Shown one piece after another: positions 23,633 through 36,715 of a DNA stretch of 64,000 nucleotides. The notes beneath the pieces were generated by a model that was not told the DNA's origin, made no database searches, and worked only from the letters and a program-made list of their open reading frames with translations. Where the stretch lies: assembly GCF_036365525.1 (NCBI RefSeq), contig NC_090416.1, forward strand, positions 16,836,945 to 16,900,944. Reading direction: 5' to 3'. Source of the DNA: Heterodontus francisci. Its lineage: Eukaryota. Each line of letters opens with the position of its first letter. Positions within the stretch are counted from its first letter, which is position 1. The translations under genes were made by a program, and so were the position numbers.

Positions 23633-26600
23633 CTCTGTCTATCTGTCCATCTCTCTGTCTATCTAACTGTCTATCTATCTATCTGACTATCTATCTATCG
23701 ATTTATCTATCTGTCCATATCTATCTATCTATGTATCTATCTATCTGTCTATCTATCCACCTGTCCATCTCTCTTGCTCTATCTATTTGTCTGTCTGTCC
23801 ATCTCTATCTATCTGTCTGTCCATCTCTGTCTGTCTGTCTGTCTATCCCTCAGTACTGACCCTTTGACAGTGCGGCACTCCCTCAGTACTGACCCTTTGG
23901 GAACTGAATATTCCAGGGTATTTGACAGTTTGGAATGACAGGAAGCAAGGAAAGGGAGGTGGTGAAGCTCAGTTAATAAAGGATGAGATCAGTACAGTGG
24001 TGAGAAATGATCTTGTATCAGAAAATCAAGATGTGGAATCAGTTTGGGTGGAGATATGAAATAGCAAAAATTCATACTGGAGCTGCACTGTGGAACAGAG
24101 TATAAATCAAGAAATAATGGGGGCTTGTAAGGAAAATACTGCAGTAATCCTGGGTGATTTTAATCTTCATATAGATTGGAGTAATCAAACTGGTAAAGTT
24201 AGATAGAGGATGAGTTCATGGAGTGTACTCAGGACAGTTTCTTAGAACAATACATTCTGGAACCAATCCGGGAGCAGGATATTTTAGACCTGGTAATGAG
24301 TAAGGAGACGGAATTAATTAATGACCTCTCAGTAAAGGAAGAATAGAAAAGTAGAATATTATTTACATGGAGAGAGACTGCAGAATGCTGCAGTGCAGAG
24401 GGATCTGGGTGTCCTTGTACATGGATCACAAAATGTTAACATGCAGGTTCAGCAAGTAATTAGGAAGAGAAATTGAATGTTGGTATTTATTGCAATGGGG
24501 ATGGAGTATAAAAGTAGGGACATCTTGCTACAACTGTACCGGGTATTGGTGAGACCGCACCGAGAATACTGCATACAGTTTTGGTCTCCTTATTTAAGGA
24601 GGGATATACTTGCATTGGAAGCAGTTCAGAGAAGGTTCACTTGGCTGATTCCTGGGATGAAGGGATTGTCTAATGAGGAAAGGTTGAGCAGGTTGGGCCT
24701 GTACTCATTGGAGTTTAGAAGAATGAGAGGTGATCTTATTGAAAAGTGTAACGTTCTGAAGGGGTTTGACGGGGTAGATACTGAGAGGATGTTTCCCCTC
24801 GTGGGGGAATCTAGAACTAGGGGGAATAGTTACAGAATACGGGGTCTCCCATTTAAGACGGAGATGAGGAGGAATTTCTTCTCTGAGGGTCATTAATCTT
24901 TGGAATTCTCTTCCCCAGGGAGCAGTGGAGGCTGGGTCATTGAATATATTCAAGGCTGAGTTGGAGAGTTTTTTGATCTCCAAGGGAGTTGAGGGTTATG
25001 GTGGGGGGCAGACAGGAAAGTGGAGATAAGGTCACAATCAGATCATCCGTGATCTTATCGAATGGCGGAACAGGCTCGAGGGGCCGAATGGCCTTCTCCT
25101 GTTCTTATTTCTTATGCTTTTATGTTGAAGATATCGTACCTGCTGTATTCAATAGCTGTCCAGGTCTTTAAAGCCCAAAGTGGCCGTAACTGTTCCTATC
25201 TGTGCAGAGAGCCCTTGGCAGTAATATAATATAATGAAAATGGCCTGGCTGAAACTCCCCGGGTCTGGATATCTCAGTACAGATCGGGGAAGGGGTGGTG
25301 GGAGTGCTGGAATCTGGGCCTTCCCAGCAAGTGTCCTGTAAGGGAACTGAATGACCTCAACGAAGGAACGAGTTCACAGAGGCAGATGAGGCTGATGTGA
25401 TTGCAGTGTGTGCGAACAAGAGGAGGCCATTCAGCCCTTCGAGACTGCTGTGCCATTCCATTAGATCATAGCTGGTCTGTACCTTAACCCCATATACCCT
25501 GCCTTAGCTCCATAGTCCTTGCTGCCCTTACCCAATAAAAATCTATCAACCACAATCTTTATAACTCCAATTTTTAATGAAGTGCATTTCTATAGCGTCT
25601 TTCACAACCTCAGGATGTTCCCAAAGTGCTTCGCAGCCAATGAAATACCTTCAAAAGCAATATTGGGAAATGAAGACTGGGATGTAGAGCAGGAGGAGTT
25701 CAGTTCAGTTCTCCTGAGGGGCCCAGTCCAGATAATGGGTTGTTTTGTTGTAAATGTGTGACGTGTCCAAGAATGTAACCGTTTAACAGTGTTTCTCGGA
25801 TTTCCGTCCTGTTTCTGTGTGTTTCAGAGCAGGGGAACTGGGCCCAGATGCTGCTACTCTCTGCTGCTTATCAGACAGTGAACAGGGAGGTTTCGGTTCC
25901 TCCCCGGGGCTCCTCTCCCACCCCCTGCAGCGAGTGACCACACCACCTGCACCACATCACAAACAAGACAAAAACAGCATCGATTTGGGTATCAGGATCT
26001 AAAATAAGGCTTTCAGAACACCGCCCAGGTCCCCTGTGGTTGATGACGAGGGCCTGATCAGGGCTGCATTCAGTGCCATTCTCAGACCCAGTCTGGAACC
26101 TGGCTGTTCGGCCATGTGAATCATCAACATTGTGGATTTAACTGGACTGATAAACGTTTGATGGCCTTTAAGATACTCCTTAAAACCTAGCTCTTTGACC
26201 GAGCTATTGGTCACCTGCTCTAATATCTCCGAATGTGGCTCAGCATTAAACTTTGTTTGCTGACGCCCCTTGCGACGTTTTATTACATTAAAGGCGCCAT
26301 ATAAATGCAGATTGGTTGTTGTTTGCAAATGACAATTCGTTGAAGACCTTAATAACTAACCGACTGCAGGCCATGAAGTACATCAACTAAAGCCACAATT
26401 AAAACTCAAGGCTTCTGATGTAAGTACAGTACTGAAGGAATACCGCACTGCCGGAGGGGCTATCTGTCACTTGGAATCTGCCCTCTGTTAAAGATACTGC
26501 AACCCCTATTTAGAAAAAGAGTTGGGAATTCTCCCCCACCCCCGTGTCTTGGCTGATATTTATCCTTCAATCAATATCACAAAAAAAAATCACCTGGGTC

Positions 26601-28889
26601 ATTATCTCATTGTTATGTGTGTGGGATCATGCTGTGCACAAATTGGCTGCTGTGTTTCCTACATTACAACAGTTGACTAGACTTCAAAAAAAAATACTTG
26701 GTTGGCTGTAAAGCGCTGTGGGACATTCTGAAGCTGTGAAAGGAGGCTCACTGTCACCTTCTCAGGGGGACAAATAGTGATGGACAATAAATGGCTGGTC
26801 TTACCAGAGATGCCCACATCTCGAGAATGAAGAAGTGCAGGTTCTGTCTCTCTGGACGCTGTGATGACCCCTTGTAAAACATACTGAAACTAAATAGTTC
26901 TAAAAACATCTGCATAAATACAGCATCCTCAGACTCGAGATGAGGATTAAACCTGCATTTAATACCTCTTTAAGTGCGTGGCCCCTTTAAGGTGTGCTGA
27001 GGGACTGGGCTTTTCCAGCACTCTCTGTCCATTTACTCTTTGAGGTGATGCAACCGATACCCACTCCACAGCCGGAGGCTCAGTTAACAGCCCTTCCCTC
27101 TTATGGCCCCTAGTTCTGCTCTCACCCGCAAGTGGAAACGTCTAGCCTTATCGAGTCCTTTCATAACCTTAAAGGGCTCCATCAGGTCCTACCCTCCCCC
27201 CCTCTCAGTCTTCTCTTTTCAACCTATCCTGGTAGCCTATCTCAGTACTGGTACCATCCCAGCACATCTTTTCTTGCACCTTCTCCAGTGTCATTTTATA
27301 ATATGGAGACGGGAACAGTGCACAGTAATTCCAAGTGTGGTCTAACTGAGGTTCCCTACAAGTTTGACTTAATGTATCTGCTTCTCAATTCTATCCCTCG
27401 AGAAATTAACCCCGGTGTTTGGATTGCTTTTTATATGGCCTTATTCAGCAGCATTGCTGCAGTTACTCTGTAACCCTCGATCCACAACCCTATTTAGACT
27501 CTTTCTTCCCCACCTCCCCCTCCCTCCAGGACTAGGTGACCTCATTCATCCTCCCAAAAAGTAGCACCTCACACTTATCCATACTGACCTTCATTTGCCA
27601 ATTACACACCCATTCTGCATGTCCTGTCATTTGTGATGAACCTAATATTAACTGCAGCCTCCCCCAATTTGGAGTCATCAGCAAACTCTCAAATTGTACC
27701 TGGGGCTAGTCTGTCCCGTGCCATCCCATCTCTCGGACCGGGATAGTGAGCAGTACTCCCTGGGAGGGACGGTATTTTATTCCAAACAGAGGCTTTTCCT
27801 GTAAATCACATACAATGATGGTCTAGTATGGGAGAAACTACACTTTAGGATGGGAGGGTTGTTGAGAGTGTGCAGAGGAGGTTTACTGGAATGGTTCCAG
27901 GGATGGGGGAATTCTAGTTATAAGGTCAGCCTGGAGAAGCTGGGATTGTTTTCCTTGGAGCGAAGGAGATTGCAGGGAGATTTAATAGAGGTGGACAAGA
28001 TTATGACAGATCTGGATAGAGTAGACAAGGAAAAACAGTTCCCATTAACTGATGGTACAAGGGCTAGGGGACACAGATTGAACGTTTTGGGCAAGAGATA
28101 CAGGTGCGGGGGAGGGGGGGGGGTGGTTGTGAGGAAGAATTTATTTATTATTAAATGCAGTGAGTGACAATGACCTGGAACTCACTGCCAGCAGAGTGGT
28201 GGAAGCAGGAGACAATGATTTCAGTAAGAAACGGGGCAGGGGGAGGGGGCACTTGTAGGAAATAAATTCGCAGGGGGCCACGGGGGGATTGGGACTGACT
28301 GGATTGCACTACGGGGAGCTGGCACGGGTCCGAGGGGCCGAATAACCTCCTTCTGTGCCAGAAATAAAATCGAATTCGTTTAAAATAGTTAACTCTGCTT
28401 GAATATTTTTTTATTAAATCTGCCCAAAAGAAAAATCCTCAAATCGCCAATATTCGTACAGTTAACCACTGACTTGCACCAATATCCACCTCAACTCACC
28501 CCCACCTCCCCCCTCCCCAGAAGAAAAATAACAGAGCAATTTGAATTCATGTCATCTTTATTAAAACAGTCACACACAGAGATACACTTTTCAATTCTAA
28601 CAAATGGTACTGCTGAGAGAAAGGAGAGAGGGAGCAGAACCCATCCAGCTCCAAATGGGAATGTACTCCCGGGATAGGTGGTCCTGATATTCACTGTCAC
28701 CCACCTGCGCCCCCCAGTTAAAATTGAATCCAAAATTGGATCGTTAAACTGCGATTGAAGTGACTGTTTCAACATCGTTGGCCACATTTGCTACAGTGAT
28801 TACATTGTAAAACAACAACAACAACATTCCACATATTGAATAATATTTCATCAGCAATAAATCAAACTCTAAACCCCAGTTGCCCCCTC

Positions 28890-29218
28890 TCAGTCGGAAC
28901 AAGCGGTGGAGCTGATGGTTTTGAGGAGAGGTGAGCTCAGAGAGCCGTGGTCCACACTGCAGGTATAGCTGGAGCCCTTATTCCAGGCAGTGGCGGGGAC
29001 TCTCAGGTAACTGCTCAGGCTGTAGGTTTGATCACTGTCCGTGGACACGGTGCCTGTGGTCACCCCGCTGTCTGTCTCTTTATCATCCACTCTCCAGAGA
29101 ACCCGCACGAAACCCGGCTTAAAGCGGCTCACCAGGCAGGACAGAGTAGCCCATCCCGAGTCTATTTCTTCCGAGGAAGGAGGGAGCAGGAGAACTGATG
29201 GTTTCCGATCCTCACTAC
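28890..29218 (-). CDS. Ig light chain constant exon, cluster 2
   Basis: Protein identical to the cluster 1 C exon; same acceptor and stop. Confidence 0.97.
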
Positions 29219-30553
29219 CTGTGTGTGTGAGAGACAGGGTGGAAGAAAGGAATCTCACTGTTAGTATCAATCATTTTTTCTAAAAGGCACATCCAGAATT
29301 AGTAACACATACTATAATTTAAAACAAACATTTAACTTGACTTCAGACTTAGGTAGAGACAGTAAATAATATAACAGCCTGAGTGTTTCCAGCACTCGAT
29401 TTCAGATTTCCAGCATCTGCAGGATTTTGCTTTGATTGGATTAAAATTAAATATTTAGTCCAATCTTAACTCCCTGTCAATTGAGAGCTGGACTTGTACA
29501 TGGATTCGAGACATTCAGATAAATTAATTAACTGAATATTAAATACAACAGACAATATCGAATTGTTTAAAATTCAGGGGCAGATTAAAATCAAAAGTTT
29601 AAAAATTGAGGAAGTTTCACATTTCGGATAGGCTGTACTGGAGGTCTTATGGAGGTGCTCGGAGTATGTATTGGGAGTAACTCAACCTCCCAGATCCACA
29701 CTCAGAGTTCGGTGATCACCTCACTAGGAAAAATTATTTATTTATAAAAAAAAGTTTTAAAAGTAATAAAGTTCGGGGCGGTTTCCATTTAGAAAGTAGG
29801 TTAGACACTTCACATGAAGGAACGACAGTCGGAAGGAGGGGTTTGGGAAGGGAGACGGGGACTGGGGGGTAGAGGGACCGGGTGCGTGAGGAACAGACAA
29901 GATGGGGGGAGGGGGCGCAGAATGAGGCCATTCGCTCCATCGAGTCCCTGCCGCAGCCGAACCCCACTTCCCAACTTTGGGAGTCTTTTTTTGAGGTGGG
30001 GGAGGGGGTGCTAGTGTCAAACTCGACCCCCTTTGAGTGTGAGTAAAATTCCTGTTTGTAAATCTTCCAGCAACACCCGGGGCAGGCTCGCTATTTATAC
30101 AACAGTGCAGCGAATAGACGGAGAAGTCCACACCTGCACACTGCAGACCTGGCCGAACAGACTCGAGGGGCTGAATGGCCTTTCTCCCCTGTTCATTCTG
30201 CATTTTTTTTTGCCAATGGAGTTTTTCCTCGGTTCTGAGGAAAGGTCAGAGACCCGAAACTGTTCACCGTTTCTCCCTCTCTCTCCGCAGAGGCTGCCCA
30301 GACCTGCTGAGTATTTCCAGCATCTTCTGTTTTTTTTATTTCAGATTTCCAGCATCCGCAATTGTTTTGCTGCTATTTTAGTGTTTATTTTTCTACCCTC
30401 CAGAATCCAAATTCCCAGCACTGAATCAGTGGACAGAAAAATAAAAATCTGACCCAATTTTTTTTCACCGTTATCAGGGCAGATCCGATTCTGCAACAAT
30501 AAATGAATAAATAATTGAAACAATATGAATGATAGGATGAGGGAATTACTTAC

Positions 30554-30590
30554 TCCGTAAACTCAGGGCGGTCCCAGGTCCGAAGGTAAA
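30554..30590 (-). CDS. Ig light chain J segment, cluster 2
   Basis: Identical to J1; GTAAGT donor. Confidence 0.96.
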
Positions 30591-30629
30591 CACAGTGCAG
30601 TGTTTTAATGGGACGGGTCACCTAAAACC
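30591..30629 (-). promoter_or_regulatory. J RSS, 23-bp spacer, cluster 2
   Basis: CACAGTG-23-CCTAAAACC read on +. Confidence 0.92.
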
Positions 30630-30944
30630 CAGGCTGGGAAGAAAGAGGGGAAAATATTAATAATCTGTCCTTTATTACATTCCCTTTCACATTCTGCCTT
30701 TCACTGGGGCCGGAATGCTGAGAGTCTGGAGAAGGATTTTCACATATCAGTGAGGAAACCCTGAGAATATCAATGTTTACCTACCCAGCTAATAGCCCAA
30801 ATATTGGGGAAAATCCAAATAAACCCATGGAATTCCAGTGAGATTTTCCACAAGTTACATAAGGAATATTTCTGTAGCTCATCACACAGTCTCAGGCAGG
30901 AATATTTCAGTAGCTGTTGGAATTCTGAGTGGTTCTGTTGGTGC

Positions 30945-30972
30945 AGTTTTTGTATTGCCCTGTCTCACTGTG
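30945..30972 (-). promoter_or_regulatory. V RSS, 12-bp spacer, cluster 2
   Basis: Minus strand CACAGTG-12-ACAAAAACT. Confidence 0.95.
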
Positions 30973-31300
30973 TATGTAGCTGCTGAGGTATCCTCGGCAG
31001 CACAGTAATAGACGGCGGAGTCTCCCGGTTCCAAGCTGCCGATGGTCAGAATGTGACTGTTACTGGAGGTGTCTCTGGAAGGTTTAAAACGGTCCGTGAA
31101 GCCGGTGCCTCGATAGATGCTACCACTTGTATAGTGGGCTAACACCCACACCGGAGCCTCCCCGGGTCTCTGTCGGTACCAGCTCATGTAGTAACTGCCC
31201 ACATTGCCGTTCTGCATCGCACACTTTAACTCGGAGGTCTCACCGGCGGAGACTGGGTCTGAAATTGGGGTCTGATTGAGGACAGGAACCGCCAGGACAC
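30973..31300 (-). CDS. Ig light chain V exon, cluster 2, unrearranged
   Basis: VPVLNQTP...SYYMSWYRQRPGEAP...HYTSG...DSAVYYCAAEDTSAAT, open up to the RSS. Confidence 0.97.
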
Positions 31301-31465
31301 CTTCAACACAAAACACAAGAGAGAGAAAAAAAACACATTCAGTTTATTGGGGCAAAAAAGCACACTGATAAATAAACAGGCCGGGCTACCAAATCCCTTT
31401 GCTTCCTAATCTAATGGTTTAAAAATGAATAATTGAGTAACGTTCTGTTAACATAAGTCTCTCAC

Positions 31466-31514
31466 CTGTTAAATGGAGTAGCAGGGTCCCCAGGAGATAC
31501 ATTACTGCAGCCAT
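31466..31514 (-). CDS. Ig light chain leader exon, cluster 2
   Basis: Identical to leader 1; donor GTGAGA. Confidence 0.92.
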
Positions 31515-31620
31515 TCCCTCCGGGGGGGGAAAAAAACCCGTGAAGAATTAGTGAGCAGGGTTTTACTGTAACTCCAGAAAGTGGATCCAGTTACAGTGCC
31601 GGACAAGGTGAGACCAGTAT

Positions 31621-31645
31621 CTATTATATGAACCTGTATGCAAAT
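31621..31645 (-). promoter_or_regulatory. IgL V promoter octamer / TATA-like element, cluster 2
   Basis: ATGCAAAT at 31638-31645 on +. Confidence 0.88.
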
Positions 31646-33651
31646 ACAGAGAGGGTTGAGAGGAGCAGGGGCGGCGGGGGTGGGGGGCGGGGGGGGGGGC
31701 GGGGGTGGACCAGACCAGATTTTTTTTATTGAGCCTCTATTGGTCCCCAATTAAACATTTCCATGTATTTATTTCCACCGAGTTGAGGGTTAATTCACAA
31801 TAATTTCTGATTTTAACCCCCCCCCCCGCCCCTTCTCATGTCAAGAGTGTGAGATTTAAAAGAACAACTGTAGAAATTGCACATTTTATCCCAGATGGGC
31901 AAAAACAAAAGCCCTTCAGAATCCAGTGCCTTGAATTCATCCAGAACAAGTTTAACCCAGCGATCGTTAAGGATTTGATTTTTTAAATATTTGGGTCTGC
32001 AATGTGTACTTAAACACATATCTTTGTATCCAACACGCTGGTGTTTGCAACAAAGCAGTTCATTGGAAGGATTGGAATGGAAGAGATTGACTGGACTGCT
32101 TCTCTCAGCTGCTCTTTTTTCCTATCCGCCACTGTACAAGTGCACTGCTTGTCCTGGCGTTTGAGCCGAGTGTCGGGTCAAAACACTCGTTTCTCACTCA
32201 GGCCGACGTTCAGAAACAGCCAGAATCAACTCCAATATCCGTTTTAATTGGTAATGCAACGAGGAGTGAGATTCTGACCGGGCAAGCTGACTGCTCGGCT
32301 AGTTTCTGTGTTGTGTCCGGATCCTGTGTTAAGTCCAGTTTCAATGAAATGTGTTTTCCTGCTGCAACAGTTCCTGCCCTGACTTTTTTTTTGTTGCAAC
32401 TAAACCACATGTATCGGAACCTCAGTCCCAGGCATACATTTGTTTTAACATTCCATTTCAGATGTTTTATGTCAATCACTCGATGCCAAGGGAAAACTTG
32501 CAACAAGTAGCTGGTGAGAGGAGTTAGTTTCTTTAAAATGAATATTTTCTATCTTTTTGTTTAAATTCACTTCATGGGATATGGGCATCACTTGGCCCTG
32601 CCCGCATTTATTGTCCATCCCTCATTGCCGTTGAGAAGATGGTGGTGGAGCCGCCTTCTTGAACTGCTCCAGTGCAGTGGTTTTTGTACAACAGAACGTC
32701 CATTTCTGAGGGCAGTTAAGAGTCAACCACATTGCCGTGGGTCTGGAGTCACATGTAGGCCAGACCAGGTGAGGACGGCAGAATTCCTTCCCTAAACGGA
32801 CATTTGTCAACCAGATGGTTTTTTGTTAATGAACATTCAATTTATGGTCACCATTACTGAGACTAGGTTTCAATTCCAATTTCTTTTTATTAATTAGTTG
32901 AATTTAAATTCCATGGTGGGATTTGAACACGTGTCTCCAGAGCATTATCCTGGGCCTCTGGATTAGTAATATCCAGTGACATTACTACTACGCCACCTTG
33001 TGATGGATCAATATTAATTCTAGAAATGTGATAGGATTTGAGCCAGTGAAAGGGGGAGGGTAGGAAGAAGAACAGCAGGGAAAGTCTGTGACAGGGGTGG
33101 AGGGCAGGAGAGATTAGATGACCAAAAGGGTTTCAAGGTGCAAAGCCAAAGGGAGTGGTAATGAGAGATGTGTCTGGAGGAGGTGTGAATGGCAGCTACT
33201 GAACACAAGGTAAAGGAAATAAGAGGTAAACAAGAGAGATAAAATAACAAATCAGCAAAGAAATGGGCAACAAAAATTAGGGCAGGGGGGTTACAAGCTA
33301 TAATTGTTGAAATCAGTGTTGAGTCCAGAAGGCTGTAGAGTGCCCAGTCGAAAGATGAGGTGCTGTTCCTGGAGTTAGCCTCCGATTACTGACATGTTCA
33401 GTCAAGTCAGTATCGACTAGCTGCCCCCTAGACAGAGAATTTGACCCTTCCCCATTAAAAATCGGTTTCTGATTGGTCTCCACAGCAGAAACAAACCCAC
33501 AACCCTCCCCTCCCACCAGGCAGATTCTCTGGGTTCCTTTTCAACTAAAGCTAACCTGCATTACTATAGAGACCTCAGGGTGTCCTAAACACAGACAAAT
33601 AAACACCTGTTTTGAAGTCTGGTCATTGTAACATCGTAACCCAATACACAA

Positions 33652-33798
33652 TGGAAATAAATATTTGGAAATGATTAATCAGGGACAAATATATTTTTAA
33701 TAAAGTGTTTTCCCCTGCTCCCCTTGACCCCCTCCCTGTATTTGCATATTGACTAATATATAGATACTAGTCTTCTCCGGGTTCCCGGAGTTACAGTA
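33652..33798 (+). promoter_or_regulatory. Inverted paralogue of the IgL V promoter (octamer 33740-33747), copy C
   Basis: Same sequence; ~2.1 kb upstream of the V2 octamer, divergent orientation. Confidence 0.7.
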
Positions 33799-34276
33799 AT
33801 CTTGTTGAAGTGAAAGCACAATTGCTAAATGTGTGAGAAGCTGAACTCAGCTTTGCCCATGTAGTTGAATGGAGAGTGCACATATGTAGTTAAATGGAGT
33901 CATCCACGTATGTAGTTAAATGGAGTCATCCACGTATGTAGTTAAATGGAGTGGGCCAGTGTGTAGTAAAATGGGGTTGTGCACATGTCTAATGGAAAGC
34001 AGTTCAGCACCTCTAGTTTCATAGAATCTCTCACTTTGCACAGCAGATGTCACATGGCTGCAGCTTTGCCCAGGGAGCCTACCCGGTTCACACAGGATAG
34101 GCCAGGTGTTAAAGCAAGAGCATTTGGTGTTGCCTATTGAAGCTTGCAAGGCGGTTAAAGGAAAATACAATTAAAGTTCACAAGATGGGAATCTTGTAAT
34201 TTGTTAGCCATGGCCTCGTGGGTTCAAGTCCCAATCCAGACACTTGAGCACAAAAAACAGTCAAACATTCTCCGTG

Positions 34277-35525
34277 TAGTACTGAGGGAGTGCTGCACTG
34301 TCGGAGGGTCAGTACTGAGGGAGTGCTGCACTGTCGGAGGGTCAGTACTGAGGGAGTGCTGCACTGACGGTGGGTCAGTACTGAGGGAGTGCTGCACTGT
34401 CGGAGGGTCAGTACTGAGGGAGTGCTGCATTGTCAGAGGGTCAGTACTGAGGGAGTGCTGCACTGTCGGAGGGTCAGTACTGAGGGAGTGCTGCACTGTC
34501 GGAGGGTCAGTATTGAGGTAGTGCTGCACTGTCGGAGGGTCAGTACTGAGGGAGTGCTGCACTGTCGGAAGGTCAGTACTGAGGGAGTGCTGCACTGTCG
34601 GAGGGTCAGTATTGAGGGAGTGCTGCACTGTCGGTGGGTCAGTACTGAGGGAGTGCTGCACTGTCGGAAGGTCAGTACTGAGGGAGCGCTGCACTGTCGG
34701 CGGGTCAGTACTGAGGGAGTGCTGCACTGTCGGAGGTTCAGTACTGAGGGAGTGCTGCACTGTCGGAGGGTCAGTACTGAGGGAGTGCTGCACTGACGGT
34801 GGGTCAGTACTGAGGGAGTGCTGCACTGTCGGAGGGTCAGTACTGAGGGAGTGCTGCATTGTCAGAGGGTCAGTACTGAGGGAGTGCTGCACTGTCGGAG
34901 GGTCAGTACTGAGGGAGTGCTGCACTGTCGGAGGGTCAGTATTGAGGTAGTGCTGCACTGTCGGAGGGTCAGTACTGAGGGACTGCGGCACTGTCGGAGG
35001 GTCAGTACTGAGGGAGTGCTGCACTGTCGGAAGGTCAGTACTGAGGGAGTGCTGCACTGTCGGAGGGTCAGTATTGAGGGAGTGCTGCACTGTCGGTGGG
35101 TCAGTACTGAGGGAGTGCTGCACTGTCGGAAGGTCAGTACTGAGGGAGCGCTGCACTGTCGGCGGGTCAGTACTGAGGGAGTGCTGCACTGTCGGAGGTT
35201 CAGTACTGAGGGAGTGCTGCACTGTCAGAGGGTCAGTACTGAGGGAGCGCTGCACTGTCGGTGGGTCAGTACTGAGGGAGTGCTGCACTGTCGGAGGGTC
35301 AGTACTGAGGGAGTGCTGCACGGTTGGAGGTTCAGTACTGAGGGAGTGCTGCAGTGTCAGAGGGTCAGTACTGAGGGAGTGCTGCATTGTCAGAGGGTCA
35401 GTACTGAGGGAGTGCTGCAATGTTGGAGGTTCAGTACTGAGGGAGTGCTGCAGTGTCAGAGGGTCAGTACTGAGGGAGTGCTGCACTGTCAGAGGGTCAG
35501 TACTGAGGGAGTGCTGCACTGTCTG
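34277..35525 (+). repeat. 33-bp minisatellite expanded to ~38 copies
   Basis: Same unit; ~1.25 kb. Confidence 0.95.
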
Positions 35526-36715
35526 AGGTGCCATATTCACAAGTCCCCCTCAGGTGGACATTATCGATCCCATGACTCTATTTGAAGGAGAGCAGGTGCC
35601 CTGGACAATATATATTCCAACATTAACACCTAAAGCTGTAACTGGTCATTATCACATTGCTATTTGTGGGAGCTTGCTGTGTAAATGACTGTCAGATTTC
35701 CTGCATTTCAACAGTGACTACACTTCAAAACACACTTCAAAAGTACGTCATTAGATGTAAACCACTTTGGGGCAGCCTAGTGATCAGACCTCTCTGTCTC
35801 TCCATCTGTCTATCTNNNNNNNNNNNNNNNNNNNNNNNNNNNNNNNNNNNNNNNNNNNNNNNNNNNNNNNNNNNNNNNNNNNNNNNNNNNNNNNNNNNNN
35901 NNNNNNNNNNNNNNNNNNNNNNNNNNNNNNNNNNNNNNNNNNNNNNNNNNNNNNNNNNNNNNNNNNNNNNNNNNNNNNNNNNNNNNNNNNNNNNNNNNNN
36001 NNNNNNNNNNNNNNNNNNNNNNNNNNNNNNNNNNNNNNNNNNNNNNNNNNNNNNNNNNNNNNNNNNNNNNNNNNNNNNNNNNNNNNNNNNNNNNNNNNNN
36101 NNNNNNNNNNNNNNNNNNNNNNNNNNNNNNNNNNNNNNNNNNNNNNNNNNNNNNNNNNNNNNNNNNNNNNNNNNNNNNNNNNNNNNNNNNNNNNNNNNNN
36201 NNNNNNNNNNNNNNNNNNNNNNNNNNNNNNNNNNNNNNNNNNNNNNNNNNNNNNNNNNNNNNNNNNNNNNNNNNNNNNNNNNNNNNNNNNNNNNNNNNNN
36301 NNNNNNNNNNNNNNNNNNNNNNNNNNNNNNNNNNNNNNNNNNNNNNNNNNNNNNNNNNNNNNNNNNNNNNNNNNNNNNNNNNNNNNNNNNNNNNNNNNNN
36401 NNNNNNNNNNNNNNNNNNNNNNNNNNNNNNNNNNNNNNNNNNNNNNNNNNNNNNNNNNNNNNNNNNNNNNNNNNNNNNNNNNNNNNNNNNNNNNNNNNNN
36501 NNNNNNNNNNNNNNNNNNNNNNNNNNNNNNNNNNNNNNNNNNNNNNNNNNNNNNNNNNNNNNNNNNNNNNNNNNNNNNNNNNNNNNNNNNNNNNNNNNNN
36601 NNNNNNNNNNNNNNNNNNNNNNNNNNNNNNNNNNNNNNNNNNNNNNNNNNNNNNNNNNNNNNNNNNNNNNNNNNNNNNNNNNNNNNNNNNNNNNNNNNNN
36701 NNNNNNNNNNNNNNT

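Noticed and set aside
34224-35585. Long ORFs (438, 255 aa) and regularly spaced repeats resembling a CRISPR array or repeat protein
   Set aside because: Head-to-tail 33-bp minisatellite with no unique spacers; the ORFs arise because the unit length is a multiple of 3.
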